NCBI GenBank assembly: GCA_963761595.1 | Contig: CAVXHE010000004.1 | Span: forward strand, 105,601 to 169,600 | Source: an uncultured Alphaproteobacteria bacterium | Lineage (GTDB): Bacteria > Pseudomonadota > Alphaproteobacteria > Rhizobiales > Xanthobacteraceae | Length of the DNA: 64,000 nt | Direction: 5' to 3' | Part shown: positions 1 through 9,698 of the stretch, in pieces | Numbering within the stretch: position 1 is the first letter of the stretch | How the letters are laid out: every line of letters begins with the position of its first letter | The notes under the pieces: generated by a model | Seen by the model: the letters and a program-made list of their open reading frames with translations, nothing else | Database searches by the model: none | Told to the model about the DNA's origin: nothing | Position numbers and translations under genes: made by a program

Positions 1-136
1 GGTTGAGCGCGGCACGGTCGGCGTTCTTGGCGCCGAAGGCCTTGGCAATCTCGCGCGGTGAAACCTGGCCGCTCCGCTCGCGGATGAAGGCGACAAGCTC
101 ATCGCGGGTGGGCAGGCGTTGCGGTGGGCTTTTCAT
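1..136 (-). CDS. rnr: ribonuclease R, N-terminal 45 codons only (gene continues beyond window start)
   Basis: Minus-strand ATG at 136-134. Translation MKSPPQRLPTRDELVAFIRERSGQVSPREIAKAFGAKNADRAALN resembles the winged-helix N-terminus of alphaproteobacterial RNase R. It sits directly downstream of topA, as in the common dprA-topA-rnr arrangement. Too short for the ORF track. Confidence 0.45.
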   Translation of the reverse strand, partial: MKSPPQRLPTRDELVAFIRERSGQVSPREIAKAFGAKNADRAALN

Positions 137-201
137 GGGCTACTCGGAAGCCAGAACTGGGCCCCACCCATATTCTGAGCCAGTAGCGGGTCGCGTCAAA
201 G

Positions 202-2880
<2,679 letters not shown>

Positions 2881-3216
2881 GCATAACCCGATGATTTTAC
2901 GGCCTTTTTGCTAATTCGATGCGCGCAACAAAGCAGGCCGGCCGCCGGGAACATGGGTAATGACGGCCCGACTGTCAAATCGGTCTCGGTAAAAAACACC
3001 CCAGAGCTAACCCCAAAGAACGAAATAAACCGTTCCAAACCGCACGATGTGTTGTCGCATCCTCAGGTTGTTAATTTACATATCATAACGCATCGGTATA
3101 TTGGTGCGGACCCAGGGGACGTTGGAAAACAATCAGAACTTTGCCTTGGCAAGCGGGCCCGACCAGCGAGGCAGCGTGCCCAAAAGCCGCGCCTAAAACC
3201 GCGCCGTGAACGGAAA

Positions 3217-3396
3217 ATGCCGAACAGTGACGACACCGATAGTCCGGATGGCGGGGAAACGCCTAACTCGGTCGCCCGATATATCGCCTCGCTCGCCGCA
3301 GATCTCTCCAAGATCGCCAAGCGCAACGGGCTTGATGTGCTCAGCCAGTTGTTGGAAATGGCGGCGCTCGAGGCCGATCAAGCGGCAAGGAGATAG
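3217..3396 (+). CDS. small hypothetical helical protein (59 aa)
   Basis: ATG at 3217 inside track ORF 2908..3396. The sequence MPNSDDTDSPDGGETPNSVARYIASLAADLSKIAKRNGLDVLSQLLEMAALEADQAARR looks like a small protein type recurrent in Rhizobiales. No function known to me. Confidence 0.4.
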   Translation: MPNSDDTDSPDGGETPNSVARYIASLAADLSKIAKRNGLDVLSQLLEMAALEADQAARR

Positions 3397-3514
3397 GAGG
3401 GTTCCCGATCGGCAGATTGGCTTGTGCAAGATCGATCACCGGTGGACAATCGTGCATGACCATCATTCGGTCTCGGCCACATGATAGTGGCGGGGCGTTC
3501 CGGATCCGGGAGAA

Positions 3515-3730
3515 TTGACGATGCGTATCCTCGCAACGCTAACGGCGATTGCTTTGCTGGCGGCGCCCGTTCACGCCCTGGCGCAGGGAGCGCAACCAAC
3601 GACATTGAGCCAGCAAAGAGCGGCGAAAAAGACAACAGCACCGCCGGCGGACGAGCAGGCCTACAAAGATGCGCTCAAGCGCGTGCCTGTCCCCACCGAA
3701 AAGCCCGATCCTTGGAAAACGATGCGCTAG
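3515..3730 (+). CDS. small secreted protein (signal peptide)
   Basis: 71-aa ORF with a typical Sec signal (MRILATLTAIALLAAPVHALAQG) followed by a short hydrophilic mature part. Confidence 0.45.
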   Translation: MTMRILATLTAIALLAAPVHALAQGAQPTTLSQQRAAKKTTAPPADEQAYKDALKRVPVPTEKPDPWKTMR

Positions 3731-3846
3731 AGCATCAAAGCCCAACGCTCGCTGTCTCCGTAAGAGGCCGCTCCCCGTTCCTGCTTGACTAACACATATC
3801 TCGCTGGTTATACGTCAATCAATAACCAGCGGGTTATCGATCCCAA

Positions 3847-4170
3847 ATGCCAAACGCTCATGATGTGCTCTTTCGAACGCTCGCCGATCCGACTCGGCGG
3901 GCCCTTTTCGAACGGCTGTGCCGTGAAGGCGAGCAGACGGTCGGGGCTCTGACGGCGCGGGCCAAGGTTTCGCAACCGGCCGTCTCCAAGCATCTCGGAG
4001 TCCTCAAAGAAGCCGGGCTGGTGCGCGACCGCCATGAAGGCCGCCAGACGCACTATAGCGCGCAGCTTCGCGCGCTTGCTCCGCTGATCGACTGGACCAG
4101 CCAGATGACAGGCTTCTGGCAGAGCCGGTTCGACCACCTCGAAGATCTGCTCAAAAGGATGGACCAATGA
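3847..4170 (+). CDS. ArsR/SmtB family transcriptional regulator
   Basis: 107 aa. Carries the LADPTRRALFERL...VSQPAVSKHLGVLKEAGLV winged-HTH signature. First gene of a four-gene set with overlapping start and stop codons. Confidence 0.9.
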   Translation: MPNAHDVLFRTLADPTRRALFERLCREGEQTVGALTARAKVSQPAVSKHLGVLKEAGLVRDRHEGRQTHYSAQLRALAPLIDWTSQMTGFWQSRFDHLEDLLKRMDQ

Positions 4171-4571
4171 GCAATGCCGAAACGCTCGCCGTCGTTGTCG
4201 AACGGGAGATACCTTTTCCGCCGGAAAAAATCTGGCGCGCGCTCACTCAACCACACCTGATCGAGGAGTGGCTGATGAAGAACGACTTCAAGCCTGTCGT
4301 GGGCCAGCGTTTCAATCTTCGCGCGGACTGGGGCGCTGTCGACTGTCAGGTCATGGCCGTCGAGCCGAACAAAACGCTGTCTTACACGTGGGGTGCCTAT
4401 GGTCTCGAGAGTGTCGTCACTTGGACTCTCACCCCGACGCGCACGGGGACCCACCTGCGCATGGAGCATTCGGGCTTCCGGCCGGATCAACAGCAAGCCT
4501 ACCAGGGTGCCAAATACGGCTGGCAGAAGTTCTTTGCGGCCCTGGAGCAGGTCTTGGCGCGGGCAGATTGA
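4167..4571 (+). CDS. SRPBCC / Aha1-domain protein
   Basis: 134 aa with the PPEKIWRALTQP...EWL pattern typical of AHSA1/SRPBCC proteins that commonly follow ArsR regulators. Its start overlaps the upstream stop. Confidence 0.85.
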   Translation: MSNAETLAVVVEREIPFPPEKIWRALTQPHLIEEWLMKNDFKPVVGQRFNLRADWGAVDCQVMAVEPNKTLSYTWGAYGLESVVTWTLTPTRTGTHLRMEHSGFRPDQQQAYQGAKYGWQKFFAALEQVLARAD

Positions 4572-4843
4572 TGCCTGCTGCCTTGCGCTCCGGCATGTCT
4601 TCACAGGAGGTGTTATTGGCCCGGAACAACTGGATTCGGCAAATCCACCGCTGGCTGTCCATTATCTTTACAGCGACTGTCATCGCCAACTTCGTCGTTA
4701 TGGGACTGGGGAAATCTCCCTCCTGGGTGGTCTACACGCCACTGCCGCCGCTCTTCTTGCTATTGTTCACCGGTCTCTACTTGTTCGCACTGCCCTATGC
4801 CGCCAGGTGGAAGGTCGGGACTAACGAGGAGAAGCGGGCATGA
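4571..4843 (+). CDS. small membrane protein (2 TM)
   Basis: ATG at 4571 in frame within track ORF 4268..4843. It has two hydrophobic helices (WLSIIFTATVIANFVVMGL, LPPLFLLLFTGLYLFALPY) and appears translationally coupled to both neighbours. Confidence 0.5.
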   Translation: MPAALRSGMSSQEVLLARNNWIRQIHRWLSIIFTATVIANFVVMGLGKSPSWVVYTPLPPLFLLLFTGLYLFALPYAARWKVGTNEEKRA

Positions 4844-5244
4844 CGAAGAGTGAGAACAGCAAGTCCCCTTCTCGACTTATCGACGCGAGAATCAAGGAGC
4901 TGAGTGATTGGCGCGGCGAGACGCTGGCTCGGGTCCGCGCTCTCATCAAAGAGGCCTGCCCTGACGTGGTCGAGGAGTGGAAGTGGCGAGGGGTTCCGGT
5001 GTGGGAGCACGCCGGAATTATCTGCACCGGCGAGACGTACAAGAATGCCGTGAAGATGACTTTCGCCAACGGCGCCTCGTTGGCGGATCCTTCAAGCCTC
5101 TTCAACTCCAGCCTCGAAGGCAATATGAGACGCGCGATCGATATCCATGAGGGCGACAAGATCAATGAGCGTGCGCTAAAAGATCTTGTCCGCGCCGCTG
5201 TCGATTACAATTCGAGCAAATTGAAGAAGAAGGCGCGCGGCTAG
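4840..5244 (+). CDS. DUF1801 (YdhG-like) domain protein
   Basis: 134 aa. The motifs SDWRGETLARVRALIKEACPDVVEEWKWRGVPVW and VKMTFANGASL match the DUF1801 pattern. Confidence 0.8.
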   Translation: MTKSENSKSPSRLIDARIKELSDWRGETLARVRALIKEACPDVVEEWKWRGVPVWEHAGIICTGETYKNAVKMTFANGASLADPSSLFNSSLEGNMRRAIDIHEGDKINERALKDLVRAAVDYNSSKLKKKARG

Positions 5245-5314
5245 ATCAGCGAGACCAGCCCGCCGCCGTGACGTTCCAGGCGTCCGGCGATTTCGAGCTC
5301 CATAAAACCATCCG
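5241..5314. repeat. 74-bp direct-repeat copy of the dprA 3' end (partner at 7083..7157)
   Basis: ctagatcagcgagaccagcccgccgccgtgacgTtccaggcgtccggcgatttcgagctcca-taaaaccatccg differs from 7083..7157 by 1 substitution and 1 single-base indel. Confidence 0.9.
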
Positions 5315-5370
5315 GCGCAGCACATTGGCCTTTAGTTTGGGCCTTTGTTTGAGCCGTTGCTGGAGCTGCG

Positions 5371-5625
5371 TCAGTTTTGGCTACCGCGGGCCCGCCGCGG
5401 CTTTTCCAAGCCCATCTGTCTATCGCCGACCACGCCGAAATCGCCTGACTTTATGTCGCCATCGGCGACAGCGAAGCCTTCGGCGCTCAAGCCGCGGCGG
5501 AGCAATTCGCGTATCGCCGCGGCTCGGCTCGGCATGCGCTGCTTGAACCGCCAATTATCGAGCGCAATCAGTTCGTCCTTGGTCAGCATGATTTGCAGGC
5601 GTTCGCCGCGGGGGTCGGTCGTCAT
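5371..5625 (-). CDS. ribbon-helix-helix (CopG/Arc-like) small protein
   Basis: ATG at 5625 within track ORF 5371..5769. MTTDPRGERLQIMLTKDELIALDNWRFKQRMPSRAAAIRELLRRGL fits a beta-strand plus two-helix RHH layout. Confidence 0.5.
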   Translation of the reverse strand: MTTDPRGERLQIMLTKDELIALDNWRFKQRMPSRAAAIRELLRRGLSAEGFAVADGDIKSGDFGVVGDRQMGLEKPRRARGSQN

Positions 5626-5899
5626 AATCCCTCTCCATTGACAACAACCGCTGTATTCCAGTCTGCTAAACATACTCAATCTTAGTCGGCAGCGCAAGCT
5701 TAGCCGAAGTTGCAATTTTAGCTGACGGCACAAGTTTAGCTGGCGGCGCAAGCGGCGACGTATTGGCAAGTGTCTGATAAAACTAATCTTGCTTATACGG
5801 CTTACCTACGACAATAGGCGTAAGTAGATTAAGTTGAATACGAAATGATTGTTGTAAAGCGAAAGAATAAGGCGCAGGGTTTTGCTTGAGGAGTTAGTC

Positions 5900-6550
5900 A
5901 TGTCGTTGCGCACAGTTGCCTCTGCTGACATCGAGCCTCGCTTCGAACTGAGCCGCGAGGCCGACCACCGCATCGCGAATAGTCTGGCCGCGATCAGCGG
6001 CCTCGTTCGGGTGCGGGCACGGGCCGCGAACGATGTCGAGGACCCCGAAACTTTCCTCTTGGAAATCGCGGACCGCATCGAGACCGTCGCAAAGCTCCAT
6101 CGCCTTTTTTCCGCTTCCGATAACGGAAGCGTTCGGCTCAATGACTATTTGCAGGAAATTTGCGAGCGCTTGAGCAGCGCGCTTTCGCCGACTGCAATTT
6201 CATTTTCAGTGACCTGTTCGCCGAGCCACTTTGTGCCGTTCAATACGGCGCTGCCATTGGGCCTCATAACGGCCGAGCTGTTTTCCAATTCCCTGAAATA
6301 CGCGCACCCCGCCGGTCTCCCGGTGAAAATCACGGTGTCCTGCGGTCGCAGCGGCGACAAGCTGACGCTGAGCTATGAGGACGACGGCGTGGGATTTCCC
6401 GAGGGCTTCGATATTTGTCATGACGGACATTTGGGAATGCGTTTCATCCGGTCGCTCTGCGCGCAGCTGCGAGGCGCAAACACGTGGTTGAGCGATCCGC
6501 TCGGCATGCGATTTGAAATTATCGTTCCTTGTAAAAAGTTGGATCAGTGA
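5900..6550 (+). CDS. HWE/HisKA_2-type histidine kinase without recognisable sensor domain
   Basis: H-box EADHRIANSLAAISGLV lies about 25 aa from the N-terminus and is followed by HATPase_c motifs (ELFSNSLKYAHP, DDGVGFP). GAGGAG RBS 7 nt upstream of ATG 5900. Confidence 0.85.
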   Translation: MSLRTVASADIEPRFELSREADHRIANSLAAISGLVRVRARAANDVEDPETFLLEIADRIETVAKLHRLFSASDNGSVRLNDYLQEICERLSSALSPTAISFSVTCSPSHFVPFNTALPLGLITAELFSNSLKYAHPAGLPVKITVSCGRSGDKLTLSYEDDGVGFPEGFDICHDGHLGMRFIRSLCAQLRGANTWLSDPLGMRFEIIVPCKKLDQ

Positions 6551-6618
6551 GATGCCGTTAGGGTCGCCGGCGCCAGTTCCCACACGAGGAGCAAGCAGGT
6601 GCGGCGGCAGGAGCAACC

Positions 6619-6792
6619 ATGAAAACCGTTGAAGAATACCGCGGATTTGCCAGGGACTGCCGGAAGCTTGCCGCCGAACTCACCGACCCGGAAGACAAGC
6701 GCGCCACGGAATTAATGGCGGCGGCTTGGGACAAAGTCGCGAACGAACGCGAAGCCGCGCTCAAAAGCAATTCGCCGCTCGAAAAGGTGTAA
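6619..6792 (+). CDS. small helical protein (57 aa), paralogue of 18103..18303
   Basis: Below the track threshold. MKTVEEYRGFARDCRKLAAELTDPEDKRATELMAAAWDKVANEREAALKSNSPLEKV shares the pattern R..A..C...A...D..DK.....A..W.K.A with the ORF at 18103. Confidence 0.5.
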   Translation: MKTVEEYRGFARDCRKLAAELTDPEDKRATELMAAAWDKVANEREAALKSNSPLEKV

Positions 6793-6834
6793 TGCATGTC
6801 AGTTGGCGACCCGCTCCTCGTTGTCAATTTGCAA

Positions 6835-7053
6835 ATGTCCTCGCCACATTGGCGTTACTATTTCCACGTCGATGGACCGGGTGAGAATTGCGCCGACCAA
6901 TGCGGCGCCCTGCTGCCGAGCGACGACGCGGCGTTCGAGCACGCCGCCCGCATCATCCGTGAACTCAAAGAATCGGGTGACTACGACGACCCGGGCTACA
7001 TCATGGTGGTGCGGTATCTTGGCGGCGAAGTTGTTTTCTCGATTCCGTTCTAG
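6835..7053 (+). CDS. DUF6894-like small protein
   Basis: The WRYYFHVDG...GALLPSDDAAFEHAARIIRELKE pattern is typical of the Rhizobiales MxRYFFHv..g family. Start uncertain (ATG 6835 or alternative start at 6796). Confidence 0.55.
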   Translation: MSSPHWRYYFHVDGPGENCADQCGALLPSDDAAFEHAARIIRELKESGDYDDPGYIMVVRYLGGEVVFSIPF

Positions 7054-7082
7054 CGCGTCTTCCGATTGGCCGACGCACCGCC

Positions 7083-7157
7083 CTAGATCAGCGAGACCAG
7101 CCCGCCGCCGTGACGCTCCAGGCGTCCGGCGATTTCGAGCTCCAATAAAACCATCCG
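7083..7157. repeat. 75-bp direct-repeat copy (authentic dprA 3' end), partner of 5241..5314
   Basis: Identical to 5241..5314 except 1 substitution and 1 indel. Encodes the last 25 codons of dprA (..[25 protein letters not shown]). Confidence 0.9.
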
Positions 7158-8201
7158 CACTGCGCGCGGCGAGGTTTGCGACAGCCGCACCAGATCGTCG
7201 ATCGAGACCGGGGTCGGGCTCAACAGCGCGACGATCCGCGCGCGCTCATCGGCTTCCGGCTCCGCGCCGGGTCCGGGCTCTTGCAGCTCGCCGTCCGGCG
7301 CCGGCAGCGGCAGGAGGTGTCCCATGATCGGCGCCAGCACATTGATAATGTCGGCGGCTTCGGTGACCGGCGTCGCGCCTTGCTTGATCAACCCGTTGGT
7401 GCCCTCGGCGCGTGGATCGAGCGGCGAGCCCGGCACGGCAAAGACTTCGCGGCCCTGTTCGAGCGCAAGCCGTGCCGTGATCAATGAGCCCGAACGCTTC
7501 GCCGCCTCGACAATGACCACACCGAGCGCGAGCCCCGAGATCAGCCGGTTGCGGCGCGGGAAATCCCGCGCGCGGGGCTCCCAGCCGAGCGGCATTTCGG
7601 AGAGCGCAGCTCCAGCCGGCAAGATGCTTTCGAGCAGGCTTTCATGCTCGGCCGGATAGATGCGGTCCTGGCCGCCGGCGAGCACCGCAATCGTGCCGCG
7701 TGCGGCACTTGCGCGATGCGCCGCCGCATCGATGCCGCGGGCGAGCCCCGACACGATGGCGAAGCCCGCTTCGCTAAGCGCTTGCGTGATCAGCTGCGTG
7801 ATTTTGATCCCGGCCGCCGACGCATTGCGCGAGCCGACGACGGCGACCTGCGGCATGGCCAGCACGTCGGTATTGCCGCGAATCGAAATCAAAGGCGGCG
7901 CATCGTCGATCATCTGCAGCCGGTGCGGATAATCAGCCTCGCCGGCGGCGACGATCAGGACGCCAAGCTTTTTCGCAGCCTCGATCTCGCGCTCGGCCTC
8001 TGCGCGCGAACAGATTTTTGGTGCCCCGGCGCCGCCGCGGCGGGCAAGGCCGGGGAGGGCGTCGAGTGCTGAGCGGGCGCCGCCGAAATGATTGATCAAA
8101 GCGCGAAACGTCCGAGGTCCGACATTCTGCGAACGTATTAGCCGCAGCCAATCGATCCGCTGCTCGTCCGTCAGCCGCAAGGTTTTTGCAATGTCGTGCA
8201 C
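7083..8201 (-). CDS. dprA: DNA-processing protein DprA
   Basis: Conserved from [30 protein letters not shown] through the Rossmann-like core ([28 protein letters not shown]) to the C-terminal winged helix. Most plausible start is GTG at 8201. The 135 codons upstream in the track ORF lack DprA similarity. Confidence 0.9.
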   Translation of the reverse strand: MHDIAKTLRLTDEQRIDWLRLIRSQNVGPRTFRALINHFGGARSALDALPGLARRGGAGAPKICSRAEAEREIEAAKKLGVLIVAAGEADYPHRLQMIDDAPPLISIRGNTDVLAMPQVAVVGSRNASAAGIKITQLITQALSEAGFAIVSGLARGIDAAAHRASAARGTIAVLAGGQDRIYPAEHESLLESILPAGAALSEMPLGWEPRARDFPRRNRLISGLALGVVIVEAAKRSGSLITARLALEQGREVFAVPGSPLDPRAEGTNGLIKQGATPVTEAADIINVLAPIMGHLLPLPAPDGELQEPGPGAEPEADERARIVALLSPTPVSIDDLVRLSQTSPRAVRMVLLELEIAGRLERHGGGLVSLI

Positions 8202-8576
8202 GGTCGCCGCCTGCGTGTCGTTACAACCATAGCATTGCAAGGACGGAGGTGGGAGAAAGAGAACAGGCCGAACGCGTGGCTGCGTTTCTAAGCCACAAGC
8301 TGCCGCACCGGTGGACCTAATTGGCAGGTTGTAGTCCACGCCAATGCGCACGGTGTTCGTGGTCAGATCGGCTTTATGAAAGAAAGTCGTCGATGCTACA
8401 GGCCCGTCGATCTGTTGCATTTCGGTTAGCGGAAGGTGCCTTTCGCGATGTTGTGTTGTCCAAGGTGCTGGCTTACGGCACCATGAAACAAAACCGCGAT
8501 GCGAATCGGTCCGGCTCGCTTCGAGCGAAGGGATGCGCAGAGGGGTGCGGCCTGACGCCAAGAAAGGGAAAGAAAA

Positions 8577-8786
8577 ATGAACGGCAAATGCCCGAGCTGC
8601 GGACATACGATAAAGCCCATCTTGGAACGTGGGCCGATCGGAAACTTGGCATCGGGTTCAATAATCTCGGGCTACGTCGCCATATGCCCGACGGTGGGAT
8701 GCAACGTTATCCTCGGCGTATTTCCCGATCCCGACGCCATCGTGGAAGACGTCGTCAATAAGTTAGCTAAGGAACAGCCGAAGTAA
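8577..8786 (+). CDS. small Cys-containing hypothetical protein (69 aa)
   Basis: [10 protein letters not shown]...ICPTVGCNV gives a CxxC plus CxxxxC arrangement (possible zinc ribbon). Purine-rich RBS (gggaaagaaaa) and locally lower GC. Confidence 0.4.
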   Translation: MNGKCPSCGHTIKPILERGPIGNLASGSIISGYVAICPTVGCNVILGVFPDPDAIVEDVVNKLAKEQPK

Positions 8787-8824
8787 GACTGAATTCTCGA
8801 CCTCGGAAGCCTGTCACTGTTCCA

Positions 8825-8853
8825 TTGACATTTGTCACCGTTTCAGTTACATA
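8825..8853 (+). promoter_or_regulatory. sigma70-like promoter (TTGACA-N17-TACATA)
   Basis: Perfect -35 hexamer TTGACA (8825-8830), a 17-nt spacer, and -10 TACATA (8848-8853). Faces the non-coding structured stretch 8860-9206. Confidence 0.45.
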
Positions 8854-8859
8854 TCGCTC

Positions 8860-9206
8860 TTGATTCTCGCTCACGTAAAGGATCTGCCCCGGAGACACAC
8901 CGGGGCAGTGGAGCGAGGGCGGTGCCTGCGGGCGGCGTTGTAAACCGCTCCCGGGCAGCTTTGGGCATCAGCATCCCAGCACTACGGACTGGGCCGCGAG
9001 GTGCTCGCTGGACGAGGGACAGGTTCGGGCGGGTAACACCCGCAACAACTGCGTCCGTTCCTGCCCCCGGAAGGGGGATGACTACAGGACGGCGCTCTGC
9101 CAAGTCCCCGGAAGCATGGCCTGGAGCTGGGCCTTTGGGATTCGCAGTCCCCTAGGTCAGAGCCGCGGTGGAACGCCGATAGATGTGCGCCTCCTGCTGG
9201 AGGCGC
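8860..9206 (+). ncRNA. candidate structured RNA or long 5' leader, family not identified
   Basis: No credible ORF, but dense GC-rich hairpins: CUGCCCCGG-AGACACA-CCGGGGCAG nested in CUCGCUCAC/GUGGAGCGAG (8866-8918), GCGGGU-AAC-ACCCGC, CCCCC-GGAA-GGGGG inside CGUCC/GGACG, and GCGCCUCC-UGCU-GGAGGCGC (9187-9206). Lies downstream of the consensus-like promoter. Confidence 0.3.
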
Positions 9207-9412
9207 GGCCGTGCCAGCAGCACGGCACGAGGATCAATGCGTCTGTCGGCGTTCCGCTTCCTTTATTTTCGTAGCTTATCGAAGCGAGTTAAGCGGGCAG
9301 CGAAAAGGCAGGCACCACCCCTTCTTTTTTCTTCCGCGCTCTCCTTCGCGCTTCCAACGTGGTGGTATTTGCAAACTCAGGCGCACATGCGTTGCGAGAA
9401 CGATCTTCCATG

Positions 9413-9527
9413 TCGTCATTGCCGGACTTGATCCGGCAGTCCATGGGGCCGGCTCGCGTGCACTCCTTCGTCGGACTTGCTCTCGACAAGTCAGCATGGA
9501 CCACCGGGTCAAGCCCGGTGGTGACGA
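9413..9527. repeat. REP-like composite inverted repeat (two 33-nt arms)
   Basis: The arm tcgtcattgccggacttgatccggcagtccatg (9413-9445) is an imperfect reverse complement of catggaccaccgggtcaagcccggtggtgacga (9495-9527). Each arm has its own internal palindrome. It produces the pseudo-peptides ..GLDPAVH.. and ..MDHRVKPGGDE.. seen in spurious ORFs of Bradyrhizobium-like genomes. Confidence 0.7.
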
Positions 9528-9698
9528 GGTAATGGAATGGCGAGAGGCCTACGATGGAACCGCAGCCCACAACCAGCCCGAAAACCGTTGCAAACCGGCC
9601 GCCAAAAACGCAGATTGGCCCGACTTGTGCCGACTTGGCCCCCGGCTTGCCTCTGAGTTGCCGGGGTATGTGGGGTTTCCCTTTGGGGAGGGTGTACA

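Noticed and set aside
2908-3216. Long N-terminal extension of ORF 2908..3396, and overlapping ORFs 3063..3326 and 3193..3429.
   Set aside because: The region is the topA upstream intergenic. The sequence is AT-richer with no protein-like pattern. Only the last 59 codons look like a real small protein.
8210-8606. Upstream part of the 507-aa dprA track ORF. It contains ..[21 protein letters not shown].., reminiscent of the C-terminal beta-strand of an outer-membrane beta-barrel protein.
   Set aside because: Only about 20 residues resemble an OMP terminus, with no stop after it and no upstream barrel sequence. This is too little to call a gene remnant.
8860-9206. Identification as RNase P RNA, tmRNA, SRP RNA or a cobalamin riboswitch.
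   Set aside because: There is no GGAAAGTCCGGGC (RNase P) and no ANDN.. tag frame or T-arm-CCA (tmRNA). There is no GGUCAGGUCCGGAAGGAAGCAGCC-like SRP core. Only partial similarity to the B12 riboswitch core exists, with no convincing B12 box, so it is left as unclassified.
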